From the NCBI GenBank assembly GCA_020891255.1, contig BQFW01000008.1, positions 1,178,001-1,242,000 on the forward strand: DNA of 64,000 nt, read 5' to 3'. Numbering within the stretch: position 1 is the first letter of the stretch; each line of letters starts with the position of its first letter. Under the pieces are notes generated by a model. It was not told the DNA's origin. It did no database searches and worked only from the letters and a program-made list of their open reading frames with translations. The position numbers and the translations under genes were made by a program. Shown here piece by piece: positions 1 through 12,325 of the stretch. The DNA is from Entomortierella parvispora E1425. Lineage: Eukaryota > Fungi > Mortierellomycota.

Positions 1-1
1 C

Positions 2-769
2 GGCGCGTCCATCTCTTCCTCCCCACCCATGAGCTCGACCATCCTGATGGAACCGACGCGTTCTTCTCTCTCCGATTTTACGGCCCCTACAACCCAAACC
101 TCCAACACCACGGCCAATGGCACGATCAGCTCGGACGCGATGAGGCGACTCGCGCTGAGCTATGTGGAGGACCCAAAGGACACCTTGCATCAGAGTCGCT
201 CTTCTCCTCCTCCTCCTACACACCACAGCCCCCATTTATCCTCACTCTCGTCCTCACCCTCCTCTTCACCCTCATCCTCTCCGATCGTGGTCGCGTCCGC
301 AAACTTTGCAGCGCTGTTTAGGAGTGCAGGGAAACCAAGCCCCCCGGTCGAGCTGAAGATGAGAGAGTTTCCGCTCGTGTCGTCGTCCGTCACGGAGAGC
401 AATGGGGGCGGTGGAATGGACCAAGGGTTGTCATCGCCTCCGCTCTCGATCGCGTCTTCGTTGTCGTCCTCGATCTCCTCGGCTTCGTCGAGGGAGGGAC
501 CCATGTCTCGGGGAGAGATGGGCCAATTGCGCCCACCGCCACCGCTGCCACCGGTCCGGTCAGGGTCAGGGTCAGGTTCGGTCGTGCCGCCGTATGGTCG
601 AGCAAATAGCGGTGCTAGTAGTGGCGGTGGTGGTGGCGGATGCAACAAGGGTTCTGCGGCATCGCCTCGAAACAGTCTGAGACTGGGCTGGTGGTTCTGC
701 TGCTTTGATAGCGCGTTGTGGGCAGGGTTAGGATGCGGTTGCTGTGGGGACCCTTTAGAGGCCAAGTAG
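2..769 (+). CDS. 3' end of an unidentified gene (Ser/Pro/Gly-rich disordered tail ending in a Cys-rich segment); 5' part lies outside the window
   Basis: Frame is open from base 2 to TAG at 767-769. Composition resembles other disordered tails here. C-terminal WWFCCF...GCGCCG. No recognisable domain; an antisense ORF of similar size also exists. Confidence 0.45.
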   Translation, partial: GASISSSPPMSSTILMEPTRSSLSDFTAPTTQTSNTTANGTISSDAMRRLALSYVEDPKDTLHQSRSSPPPPTHHSPHLSSLSSSPSSSPSSSPIVVASANFAALFRSAGKPSPPVELKMREFPLVSSSVTESNGGGGMDQGLSSPPLSIASSLSSSISSASSREGPMSRGEMGQLRPPPPLPPVRSGSGSGSVVPPYGRANSGASSGGGGGGCNKGSAASPRNSLRLGWWFCCFDSALWAGLGCGCCGDPLEAK

Positions 770-1283
770 ACAAGTTTGGCTGGACGGTGAGGGATATAGG
801 GGAAGGACGGGGGAAGGAGGGAGGCAAGAGAACGTCAAGAAGAAGGGCTGTTGGCAATGCAGCCCATGTAAATAGCCATTGCCATTATAACAACACCATT
901 TTAATCGTATAAATTATAATATTGCTAATAGCCGTTGTACCCACACCATTGACTACAGAGGTCGATGACGAAGTGAAGGAGAAGAAAGGCAAGAGCAAGC
1001 AAAATAAAAGACAAGAAAAGAGAGGAGCAAAATTGGATATGGCAGCGCATTTCCCATGCAAGGAAAGGATCTTAAAGAAAGAACGGACTGCTGCAGTGTG
1101 ACGCCGTGTGCTGCCCTGTAAGTCCCTTTCCTTCGTTCCTTCTATTTCTTCTTCCTCTCTTGGCACAGACATTCTTAACCCCCCTTCCTCTCGTGCATCC
1201 ATCTCTCTGTTCATCCACCCCTCGCTCGTTCGCTTGTTCATTTATTCACTCGTTGTAACCATCATTCCTTTCGACGCCATCGA

Positions 1284-4200
1284 ATGAACACCATCAAAGG
1301 CGCACGGTAAGGAATCTGCTTGTCTTGGTTTGTCTTGTCTTGTCTTGTCTTGCAGAGACACAAATGCATCGACTCTGTTACTCATACCTTCTCTCTCTAC
1401 TCCATGCACGAATCAGCGTCAAATGGGCCGAGGTCTTTGAGGACCCTAGCCTAACTCTGGACGCTCTCAAGGCTCGGGCACTCTCTCAGCAATCTAGTCT
1501 CGGCATCGATGGCATCCGCTCTGTCTGCTGGAAGGTAATTTTTCCTCTTTTTATCTTTAAACCACGAACGCGTCTTTGTTCCTGTTTCCTCCATTTTCAA
1601 AGCGACCCCCCCCCCACAAACCCGCTGACCCTACCTCAACCCCTCTTTTATCTATTGGTCTTGGCTATGATTAGGTCTACCTCTCTTGCTTGCCCACTCT
1701 TGAAGTCTCTACCTGGCCTTTCGCCTTGAGCAAGGAGCGTGAACGTTATGCAGAACTTCGAAAGAAATATATCAAGGCCATTGGAAGCGATGATGGACCC
1801 GAACCCGATCTGGAAGTGAATAACCCCCTCAGCTTGGCCGAGGACAGTCCATGGCAGCAGTTCTTTGTCGACTCGGAATTGAGAAAGATCATCCAGCAGG
1901 ATGTCGAGCGCACGTAAGAGCCAATGCCAAGAAAGAAGATGATCGCCTTGATTGTTGCAGGAAAACGACGCCTCACGGACTCAGAGAAGGTTCTGTATAT
2001 TGTCTCCCCTTAGCTCCTAACCTCCACCGTCTTCCTCTAACGTGTGATACCCTCTAGGTTTCCAGATAATGATTACTTTCGGTCGGAAAAGGTGCAGGAA
2101 CAAATGGGTGACATCCTTTTTATCTACTGCAAAATCAACCACGATGTGTCGTATCGTCAAGGAATGCATGAGCTGGTAGCACACATGTTGTGGGTTGTAT
2201 CCTCAGAATCTATCGATACAAGCACTGAGCCCGAGTCATCGACGTAGGAGAATTATTACATTTGTGTCATTTAAATTCCTTTTTGATTTTTAGTCGCGGG
2301 TCATGGAGGGCTAATCTTTAGAATAACCTCCACCTCCATTGCATATTGCCTTAGTGACTCTGCTGTGGACGTGATGAAGAATGTTCTGGATCCTCAATAT
2401 GTGGAGCATGATACCTTTGCGCTTTTCTCCAGCCTCATGTCGCGTGCCAAACCCTGGTACGAGTTTAGCGATGACGGATTTTCGAGCAAGAGACCCAAAG
2501 TACGTAGAGGAGCCGTCCATTTTTGCTTTTTTTTTTGTCCGCAGGCAAACACCTTGATCGACTCATTCTTTTCCCGAATGATTATTTCGTGATTAGCCCA
2601 CTACCAACAACAGTAGCAATATCCAGCCTTTTGGAAAGCCCGAGCAACCTACGGTAACCACCTTTTCATCTTAACAGTACAATGGAACGGTGGCACATGG
2701 ATGGGTTCTGATGATGATATTTTGACTTGCGTCGTTTAGCCACCAGCAGGAAAGCAAACGCCAGTCATTGAATGGTCAATGAGGATATTTCAATATTTGC
2801 AACGTATCGACAACGAATTGTACCTGCATCTGCACAGTCTGGAGATTCAACCCCAACTTTTTGGAATGTAAGGGGCCTCATATTACTGTTGGATGAGATA
2901 GTGTCAGCACCTGTCCGTCAAATCTAACCTATTATGGACACCAATTCGGTCTTTAGTCGTTGGTTCCGCCTTCTCTTTGGACGCGAATTTCCAATGGACG
3001 AGGTGTTTGTTCTGTGGGACGGAATTTTCGCAAAGGACCCCAGCCTCAAGATCTGTATCTTTATTGGAGTGGCCATGCTTTTACATATTCGAGATGAGTG
3101 TAAGTATAGCACCCCCACAATCATCGGCTGCGTGTTGACCAGTGGACTAGAGACGTTGTACTAAATTTGATTTTTTTCTATGAATCTATAGTGCTGGAGG
3201 GTGATTTTGCAGAGTGTTTGCACCGCCTTATGAGATATCCATCTATCAAGGACATACACGTTCTCATTCCACAAGCATTGCGACTCCAGGAACTCCCCAA
3301 TGCTGTGGGCGGTCAGGAAATCATCCGACAGAACAACATCTTGGCAGGAAAGGCCGTTACTCCTGTAGTGCCAGCACAAGCAGAGTCTGATTATGATTCG
3401 CCACAGCAGTATCGCTCAGAAGGAACTCTGGGCAGCTCTCCTTACTCCCACCCATATCAACAGCAGCAGTACCATCCTCAACAGACTCCAGATCAGATCA
3501 GAAGTCAAGGGTTGCAGTTCCCAGGCAACGGTGTGTTGAGCCAGCATCTGCCACCGGCAGCCCTGGACGCCATCAAGCCAGTTGCGGAAGGATTCGTGCA
3601 TGTGACCAAGAATGTGTTAGAAAGCAAAGGAGGCGCGGCCATCAACAAGGCTATTCACGACATGAGGGTAAACGTTGTCGACCAGTGGAAGCAGAAGAGG
3701 TCATGATTGCAGAACATGAGATTTAAACTCTTTTCCTTCATTTCAACAAACAATAGAAAAACACCCAATCGTACATCCGCAAAACCAACTCTGGCGCCAA
3801 TGCCTCCACCTCACCGGTCACGACCAACTTTCCCCCCATGTTTGACCAGGCCATCACCTCTACAGGTCGCCTCGCAGCCTCCAGTCGACCAGCGCCCTCG
3901 CCTCCAAGATCACAAATGGGCGGTGATAAACAAGTTCAATCTCAGTTGGGCCAGATTGTGGCCAAAGCGCTTGTCATCCTCGAAGCCGAATTCCTCTCAC
4001 CCCCAACAACATCCACTCAGGAACCGAAGAATGACTCTGTCAGCGCGCCCTCCAAATCCGCACTGGCGGCAATTACAGGTCTGGAGCATGTCCGCGATGT
4101 GCTCTTGGGACTCTCAAGAGACTTTGATCCGCTTGTCATAGAGTCGGGCATGCTGGCAACATCCTCTATCGTTCCTTCGACTATGAGAGAAACTGCTGGA

Positions 4201-4995
4201 GGGAGCGGCGGGTCTAGTCCTCGGCCATCGCCTGCGGGCCTTCCATCTCAGGATTCCCCCTCGGCATCGATTGCTGCTTCGCCTAGTGCAGCGCACAGAC
4301 TCCCAATTAACGCCAACACACCATCGACCACAGGAGTCAAGGCGGCGGCAACCAACGTGTCACGGGGCGGAAGTCCTGCACGGGAGACTGGACAGCTGGA
4401 TCGACGGGGCAGTCCTCAGTACCTTGCAGAATCTACAGGGTCAGCTATGGCTGTCGAAGTAAAGTCGAAACCGGTACCAGCACCAACACCCATGTTTGAA
4501 CCTGAAGTGATCCCGTCGCCTCCACCCATCCCACCAACGCCACCAAAACCATTCTCGTTTGACGATCTTATCAGCGATCCTCTCGCAGATTCTTCTTCAC
4601 CCTCTGTGACACCAAAGGGATCAAGGCTCGCTGGACTAGGCGGAGGGTCTAACATTATCGGCAACAGCGGCAGTAGTGGCGGTGCCATGTCCAAGCTGAA
4701 ATCGCCGCGATCGTCATTAGCGCATTCGCAGTTTAGCTGGATGCTAAATGACACTCCAGATGGCGCAGGAGCAGGATCAGGAGGACCAAGTTCGATCTCC
4801 AGAACTGGGTCGGGGCTGCGCCCAGCAGCGGAGATCTCTCGGCCCAACATTGACCCTCTGGCTGGTAGCGGTGGCAGCCTAGGCGGCAGTAGCAGTAGCA
4901 GCAGTAGCAAACGAAGCGGGTCGGGCTTGGGATCGTCGATTCTGCTTCAGCAAGACAGTCCGCGCCCCAAGGGCGAAGATCCATTGAGGACGTGA
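1284..4995 (+). CDS. TBC1D5: TBC1D5-like Rab GTPase-activating protein (about 10 exons)
   Basis: Spliced frames give IRSVCWK, NNPLS..SPWQQFF.DSELRKIIQQDVERTFP (arginine finger), YRQGMHEL (glutamine finger) and RWFRLLFGREF...LWDGIF. GT-AG introns start at about 1307, 1535, 1914, 2244, 2500, 2654, 2867, 3099 and 3668. Confidence 0.9.
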
Positions 4996-5452
4996 AGAAA
5001 TAAAGAAACGAGACTGGATTCCACAGCATTTGCACATCTTTCGCGTGAGCAATGGGGCGTGCTGTCAACAGCATACAGAGTACCGACAGGTTGGAGAGGG
5101 AGAGGAGGAGAAAGTAAAAAAGAAGACGGGAGACACGTTGTGCGACCACACGCAAAGGGAAAGCGCTGGCTGGACGGGTTGGCACGACGGGCTGGACACA
5201 GACAAAGAGCCCGGCACGGCCTGTCTGCCATTGTGTGTGTCCCTTCTTTTCTTTTTTCTTTTTTCTCCTCTTCTCGCTCTTGTTCTCATCGCTTCTTTTC
5301 TTCTCTTCTTCCTTTGCATTCCATTCCATTCCTCCTTTCCCTCCTTTCTTCTTCATCTCCCTCACACCCGCCCTGCCTTCCGACTGCCTTTTTCAACTCT
5401 ATACACACACTCTCTACGTTTAAAATACACGCTTGAATATATCTTTTGCAAA

Positions 5453-8400
5453 ATGATGGCAGCATCGCTTGACCTCCAGTCGCTGGAGCAGTACTGCGAG
5501 ACTCTTTATAACCCATCGAGTCAGGCCAGTCGTCTCCAGGTCGAATCCTTGCTCAACTATCACTTTCCAACGTTCTCGCTGTCCTCGCTTGCTGCTGCTG
5601 GTGGCACTTCGTCCTCCGCAGGTGCAAACGGCCCGTCTTCTCCTACCGAGAAGGGGGGCCATTCCCCCTCGATTAATACCCCCATCGACTCGGCGCTCTT
5701 TTGCAGGAGTCTGCTCGAGAACACCAAGAACCCATATGCACTCATGCAAGTGTCTACTTTGTGTTTTGTTTCTCTTTTATTACGGTGGGGAGCGATAAAG
5801 ATGAAGAGCAAGAGACGGGACCTCGTGGCGGTGACCTGGTTTGCGGTGCGAGAGGGGACAAAGAGAAACACACAGGGGACGGGTTTAGGGTTTTGACGGT
5901 GATTTCTGGAGAACAAATCATACTCTGGGGTGGGTGGGGTGGATGACCTGGTCCTCGAGAGCCCTGGCTTGCCTTTTTGCTCTCCTTGGACCTTTTGACT
6001 CTCTCTCTCTCTCTCTCGCGGCATCGAAAACGGAAACGGAAACGACCAGAGGAGATTTCTTTTTTTCTATTCTTTGCTTTCGTCCATCCGTCCTTGAGGG
6101 CAAAAAAAAGAGAGAGCAAGAGCAAAAAAAAAAAGACTGAGCAGGCATCGTGCAAAGATGTTTCCCTTGCATTTGCAAGGGGATATCATATCATGATGAT
6201 GACAAGGATGATCGAGACTTTTTTTTTCGTTTTTTTGTTTGATGTCGGCAATGTGGTTCCCTTTTCTTTTTCCTCTTCCTTCCTTCTTTCCTCACCTTCT
6301 CTCCCGTTGTTGTTGTTTTTTTATTTTCACGGCGAGATGTTGCATTTTCCCTGCTTGCCCTGTGTTTGTTGCTGCGTTGTTCTGGTCAGAGGTCATTTGA
6401 CACGAGACGCCTCGTTTTTTTTATTTTATCTTTTTGGGTCTTTCATGCCCCATGGCTGGGTCCCAACATGGGAAGGCGGTCATGCGGCCATCATCACCAT
6501 TATCGTGGAATGGCCTACTGCGAACACGGGAGGCATATCCCGTGCGAATGAACAAAAATACGGTGTTGAGAAAAGTGTTGGGGATGCGAGGGAGAAGACA
6601 GGCGGGCAACAGTAGTTCTTTTTTTTTTTCATTCTCTCAGGGTGTGTTCGAATATGACCCCTCCTCCCCTTCCCCTGGAGATCGTCCCCCTGTGGCGGAG
6701 GAGAAAAGGAGAAAAGCGAGAGAGAGACAGTTGACTTTTGGTCTTTTAAAGCTGTGTATCTTCTAGCGACTAACCTCACTCCTCGAACATTCCTTTTTTT
6801 TTTCTTCGTCTTTTTACAGGTTTGCAACATCACGATTGAAAACTCTGGTCGAGGACCACTTCAGCAGCTTTACGACCCCAGAACAGTGTGGTCTTCGTAA
6901 GTGTGGTGGCCCTCTATTGCTCTTGGGGATTGTCTGCTCTGACTCTTTTTATTATAGCAGAGATTAGCGTGGAAATTGGCAGAGGAGAGACAAGACAGGC
7001 GCGAATGAGCCTGACTTTGACAACTGGAACTTGCACGGGTGACTCGGGAGCAAAATTAACAGGATGGACCAAAAAGCGCGGGCGACGACAAGGGAGAAAA
7101 TATCGCAGGCATCAGTGGGACATGGCGTTTCAAAGGAGGCGAGATTGTCAGGGTTCAGGATCGCTGCAAGGGAATGAGAGGAGGCGGAACAAAGTCCATC
7201 CACTTTGTCCCTTGGCTTCCCACCCTTCTTTCCCTCCTGACCACCTTCCCGGGGCCAAACGGATGCAACAGCCTCTGGGAACACATGGATCTAATCTCTT
7301 TGATTTGTACTTTTCCCCTCGCCAGGCACGTTTGTTCTCCGCTATATCTATCAGAACCCAGATGCACAGCCGTTTATTATCACAGCGCAAGCACAGCTCT
7401 TTGCACTCATCACCAAGCTGGGCTGGACCGACAATGAAGAGTTCCGCTCCTTGGTCGACAACATCCAGGTCTTCTTCCAGGTAATCACAAATATGCCACA
7501 CTGGGTAAAAAATTACTCTTTTTGTTCCCGTCTCCTTTTTGGTGACAAAATCGAAATTAGATTCTGATGAATCAGCCCCGTCGTACATCCGTGCGCTGAT
7601 TATCTATCCACGCTCTGTGCTGCGATGCCATGCGTTGCTCTGCTGTGCTTTATGTCATGCCGTGCTATTGTATACTATACTGACAACATCCATCCCTCTT
7701 TCTAAAAAAAACAATTTCTCTTGTCCTCCTGGAAACATGGATACATAGCATGGAGTCGACCACAGGATCCTTGGAATGCGTGTTTTACGGGCTGTAGCAC
7801 TGGAAATGAACCTCCCAAGCGCCAAACACGCCACAAAGTACCGCAAGATCGCCGTCAGTTTCAGGGATGCCCAACTTCTCCCTATCTTCCAGTGCGCCCT
7901 CTCTATGCTCCAAGTCGTTCTTCGGAATCAGATTTCAGGTATAGTCCACTTTCTCTTCTGCTGTCTTTGTGGCTGCAAGATCAGGAATCACGCATGTCGC
8001 TCAAGCAAAGTTCCTACATTTCTATAAATAATTGATGGGCCAAATATCATAGATCCTAGCGCAGACAAGTTGAAAGAGTCTATCCTACTGTTGATGAAAG
8101 AGTGCCTCAATTTTGACTTTATTGGAACGCTACCTGATGAGTCTTCAGACGAAGTAGGCAGTATCCAGGCACCGACATCATGGAGGTCGGTATTTGAGGA
8201 GCCAGGATACCTGGATGTGTTGTGGGACTGCTGGAAAAAGTTCCCTAGCCCCGTGTCCGTGCTGGTCATGGAATGTCTTTCCCAGGCAGCGGCGACTCGG
8301 CGATCTTTGTTTTCAAGCGACGAGGCCCGTAACACCTATATTCATCACATCATGCGAGAAACGGTTCTGACGCTCAAATCAGGACCAGGACAGAGCAAGC

Positions 8401-11400
8401 TACAGGACGTAGGAAACTTTCACGAAGTTTGCCGAATGCTTTCAAAGTTCCGGAGTACTTTCCAGCTGACGGAGCTGTGCGAATACAAGGAGTTTGATGA
8501 GTGGATTTCAGTCATTGGCGAATTTACATCTCGTGGATTTCATTCCTGGAAGGTAAGTGACCATAAAGCATGCTTGGCCATATCAATTCCCAACTTGCTG
8601 TTTTCTGTAATCTGACTGCCCCTCTCGTACTTCTTTTTTCCTTCAACAGTGGTCGCCCAACAGTGTGCCATATCTTTTAATCTTTTGGAGTAAGATGGTC
8701 AGTTCCGTGAGTGCTGCAAAACAAGCAACTCAGGAACATATCCAGGCTATCACCGTCAGTCTTGCGAGCGCCTATTTGAAGAGTCGGCTGGAGTGCGCTC
8801 AGTCTGTCATGGATGGCGAGGTGGATGGTAATAGTCATATGTTGTGCAAATGTCGTGATTTTGGACCCAAGGTCTAGTCAATTAACTGACTTTTATTTGT
8901 TATTAGACCCATTGGAATCAGAAGAGGAATTAGTGTCTACGCTAGAGATGTACGCCACATTAGCACGATGTAAATATGTCGAGAGCGGTCGTTTGGTGGT
9001 GGCCGAGTTCAACGATCTGAACAAACGGTATAGAGAAGTTATCCAGCATGCAACGACAGGTTCGACATCGCCTATTCTTGGCTCAAGCGACTTTCAGGAG
9101 CAGATCAAACTGGTGGAGATGCAGCTCACCTGGATGGTGTATATTATCGCGGCACTGATCGGTGGCAGAATAGTACGTGTTTGTTATAATTTTGTGGCCT
9201 CCGCGTGAAGAAGAGCATTTACACCGAGAACTAACATTTCGATCCGAATCTCTGCGACTTAGTCCTATCAAAGCACTTCGGAGCAGGACTTGATGGATGG
9301 AGAAATGGCGTCCGAGGTTTTCGGATTCATTCATCAACTTCAAATGTGGACTCTTCAGAGACCACTCTTCTTGGCCTCACCCGAGACACATCTTTTCGTG
9401 CAGTCGGCGATTATTCAGTTTTACAATCAATTCCGGAGCTCGTACATTGGTGAAGAATCATCAAAGTCTGTGAAGGTGTACGGTTTGCTGGAGGAAAGAT
9501 GGGGACTGAGCGGGCCTAACCAAGTGCTTGACGTCATCATGCAATCCTCACTCGGCAACCTGCGATCCAACGGAGACCCAGAGTGGTCAAAGGCTGAGGA
9601 TCAGCTGGTTGTCCGGACACTGCGTCTCTACACGAATCTGGTCTCCGGCTATAGTTCTGTCAAGCACATTCGGAAACTGGACACGACAATGGCCCTTCTG
9701 AAGAATCATAATTCCTCGGATTTCCGGTTTTTGAACCCGGCCAAGAAAGGATCTGACACGGCCGTGGCGCGATGCAGGATGAATTACTACACAATGCTGT
9801 CCAGGGTCCTCTTTGCGGAAGACAACGTGGAGGCAGATTTCTGGCGATTCGTCAAGCCCTGGGAGTTGACGTTGGATCAAGTGACGCTGGCCTTTGAAGG
9901 CACTGGAGAGCTCGGCGAAGAGCAGATTCGGGTAGGCGATTATGAAATGATGTATGTTGCGTACAAGGCTATTGCTGTGAATGACGATCTAACAAGATCT
10001 TCCTCTTTCTTCTTTTTTTTTTTTTTTTTTTTTTAGCTTATTCTTCTTGGTATTTTCAAGGACCTTCGAGGATTTGTATCAAGCATCACAAACCGGAAGC
10101 AGTACACACTGTTCTTCGAATGGTTCTATCCAGCATATACCCCAATCGTTCTTCGTGCAATTGAAATCTGGCCCCAAGGGGAGCTCAGCATTGCCATCCT
10201 TCGGTTCTGGCACGAATTTGCCAGCAATAAGAGCAGTCGCGTCAGCTTTGACAGCAGCAGTCCCAATGGCATCCTTTTGTTCCGCGAGACCAGGTAGGAA
10301 GCCGCGCCGACTATTGATTTGGTGGCAAAGATGAACTTTTTTTTTCTAGCTTTTCCTATTAACACGTATATGTCCCTCACATAGCAACATTCTTTACACC
10401 TATGGACAAAACCTTCTGAATCGACCCCTGTCCAACCCTAATGCACGCTGGTCCGAGAAGTAAGTCTTGCATAGTGCTGATGGTTCTTACGCTCACCCAA
10501 GTGCTTGTCGCTGACAGATATTTCATGATGAAATAGATACAAGGGTATCATGCTCTATTTCAATGTCCTGTCGGCGTCATTGTCTGGAAAATATGTCAAC
10601 TTTGGCGTGTTTCAGCTCTATGGAGACAAGGCCTTGGATCAGGTTCTTGAAGTATTCTTCTCACTCATGTTGGCCATTCCAGTCGAGGATATGACGGTAT
10701 GTCTCATGGCATTGCTTTAGATCCAACCTCTCATGGAACGCCTACTAATCCGAATCTACTTTGATTCCATATGTAGTCCTTCCCCAAGTTGGCTCAGGCA
10801 TACTTTAGCGTCATTGACGTCTTTACCAGTGACCATATGACAGGCCTTCCGATGATGCCTCACCCTGTTCTGGCGTACATGTTCCAGGCCTTGGCTGATA
10901 TTATTCAGCCTCAGACGCCAGATACGCTTTGCTCCACGCTAGCCTGTTCTGCAATCGACAAAATGTGTACATTTGTGGTGAACTGGATGCTCAAGGACAA
11001 GATCCGCAAGGATGAAGATCAAGAAGAGCTGCAAAGAAATGGATCCCCCGACCCCAATGCACGCCATCTTCTTAACTCCAATGGCAGTGCCAACAACAGT
11101 CAGCGGAACAGTGTGGACATTGCTCGAGGACCACCTGGTTCAAATGGCCGTCCTGTCTCCAAACGTCGCCAGCAGCAACAGCAGCAGCAACAAGGGACAC
11201 ACTGGCTGGTTGATTACATGATGAATCACAAGGACATCCTGGGCTATTTATTCATGGTTATCTTTGAGGTCTTGGCATTCGAGAACAGAAGCAACTATTG
11301 GAGTTTGAGCAGACCTCTGCTGGGCTTGATTCTGTTGAACCGCGAGTTCTATGTCGAGTACACCAACAACTTTATCCAATCGCAGCTTCCTGATCGTCAA

Positions 11401-11667
11401 GAAGCTGTCCAGAAGGCAGTGAGCGCGGTAAGTGCTATCTCCAAATCAGCTTCGTGGCAAAGGAGTTCCAAGGTGTCGGCTTTACTCATATTCTTCATTC
11501 TTTTTCGTGCGGATCAAATTTAGCTGATGGAGAATGTCGACTTCAACCTGACGACGCTCAATCGCGATCGGTTCACGCAGAACATCACGACTTTCCGACG
11601 GGAGTGCACGCAGCTGACATTGATGTCTGTAACATCCACCTCTCAGGATAACAACAGCATGCTGTAG
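5453..11667 (+). CDS. XPO7: Exportin-7 / RanBP17 family nuclear transport receptor (about 13 exons)
   Basis: LQSLEQYCETLY, LITKLGW, YRKIAVSFRD, CLNFDFIGT.PDESSDE, NFHEVCRML, WSLSRPLLGLILLN and NRDRFTQN match XPO7. Intron 1 (5746-6819) needs a GC donor to keep the frame. Confidence 0.93.
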
Positions 11668-11947
11668 TCAAGTTCAACATCAGGCCTTGGCCTCATACTA
11701 CTAGACAGTCCAGCTTCTGTCCAAATACCCTGAAGTGAAAGACATCTTTCTATTTTCATCTTGTTCTTTTCGTTTTATTTTGTGTCTTTTTTTTTTTTTT
11801 TTTTTTTTTATTCCTTTTGACTTCTATTATTCCTCGCTTTCTGTCCTTTTTGCAGTGAATGTTTTTCAGTTTTTTTATATAATGAGAAAAAAGTAAATAA
11901 AAAGTCGCGTCAATGATCCTGAAACTCCCTCTTCTTCTACGACCTTT

Positions 11948-12294
11948 TCAAAAATAAGCACCCTGCATGGCATAGGATGCCTTGTTTGCTCCATCCTCGG
12001 CACCTCCCTCTGGCGCCATAGCGGCAGATCCAAAATTAGGCTTTGGGGCAGCATAGGCCTTGACCTTCAACAGATCACGTCCACTGGGCATGACAGCCAA
12101 CAACTCTGCGGGGGAAGGGACCTTGTGGAAGGTGACAGAGTCATTGATCTTTTCAAACGATTGGACTTTTTCAGTCGCCAGTCTGAACTCGAAGGCGGCC
12201 GCGTGTGAAACCGTGGGCGCCTTGCTTGACTTTGCAAGGGACCCAAAGGAGGTGCGGGCGGCACTCATGAATCCGATTGCCTTTCCATATTGTC

Positions 12295-12325
<31 letters not shown>

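Noticed and set aside
6190-6300. ATGATGA C-box-like motif in XPO7 intron 1
   Set aside because: No CTGA D box at a suitable downstream distance.
5030-6833. Many overlapping 60-290 aa ORFs
   Set aside because: They fall in the CT/AG-rich 5' region and intron 1 of XPO7; Phe/Leu/Lys-rich translations of homopolymer tracts.
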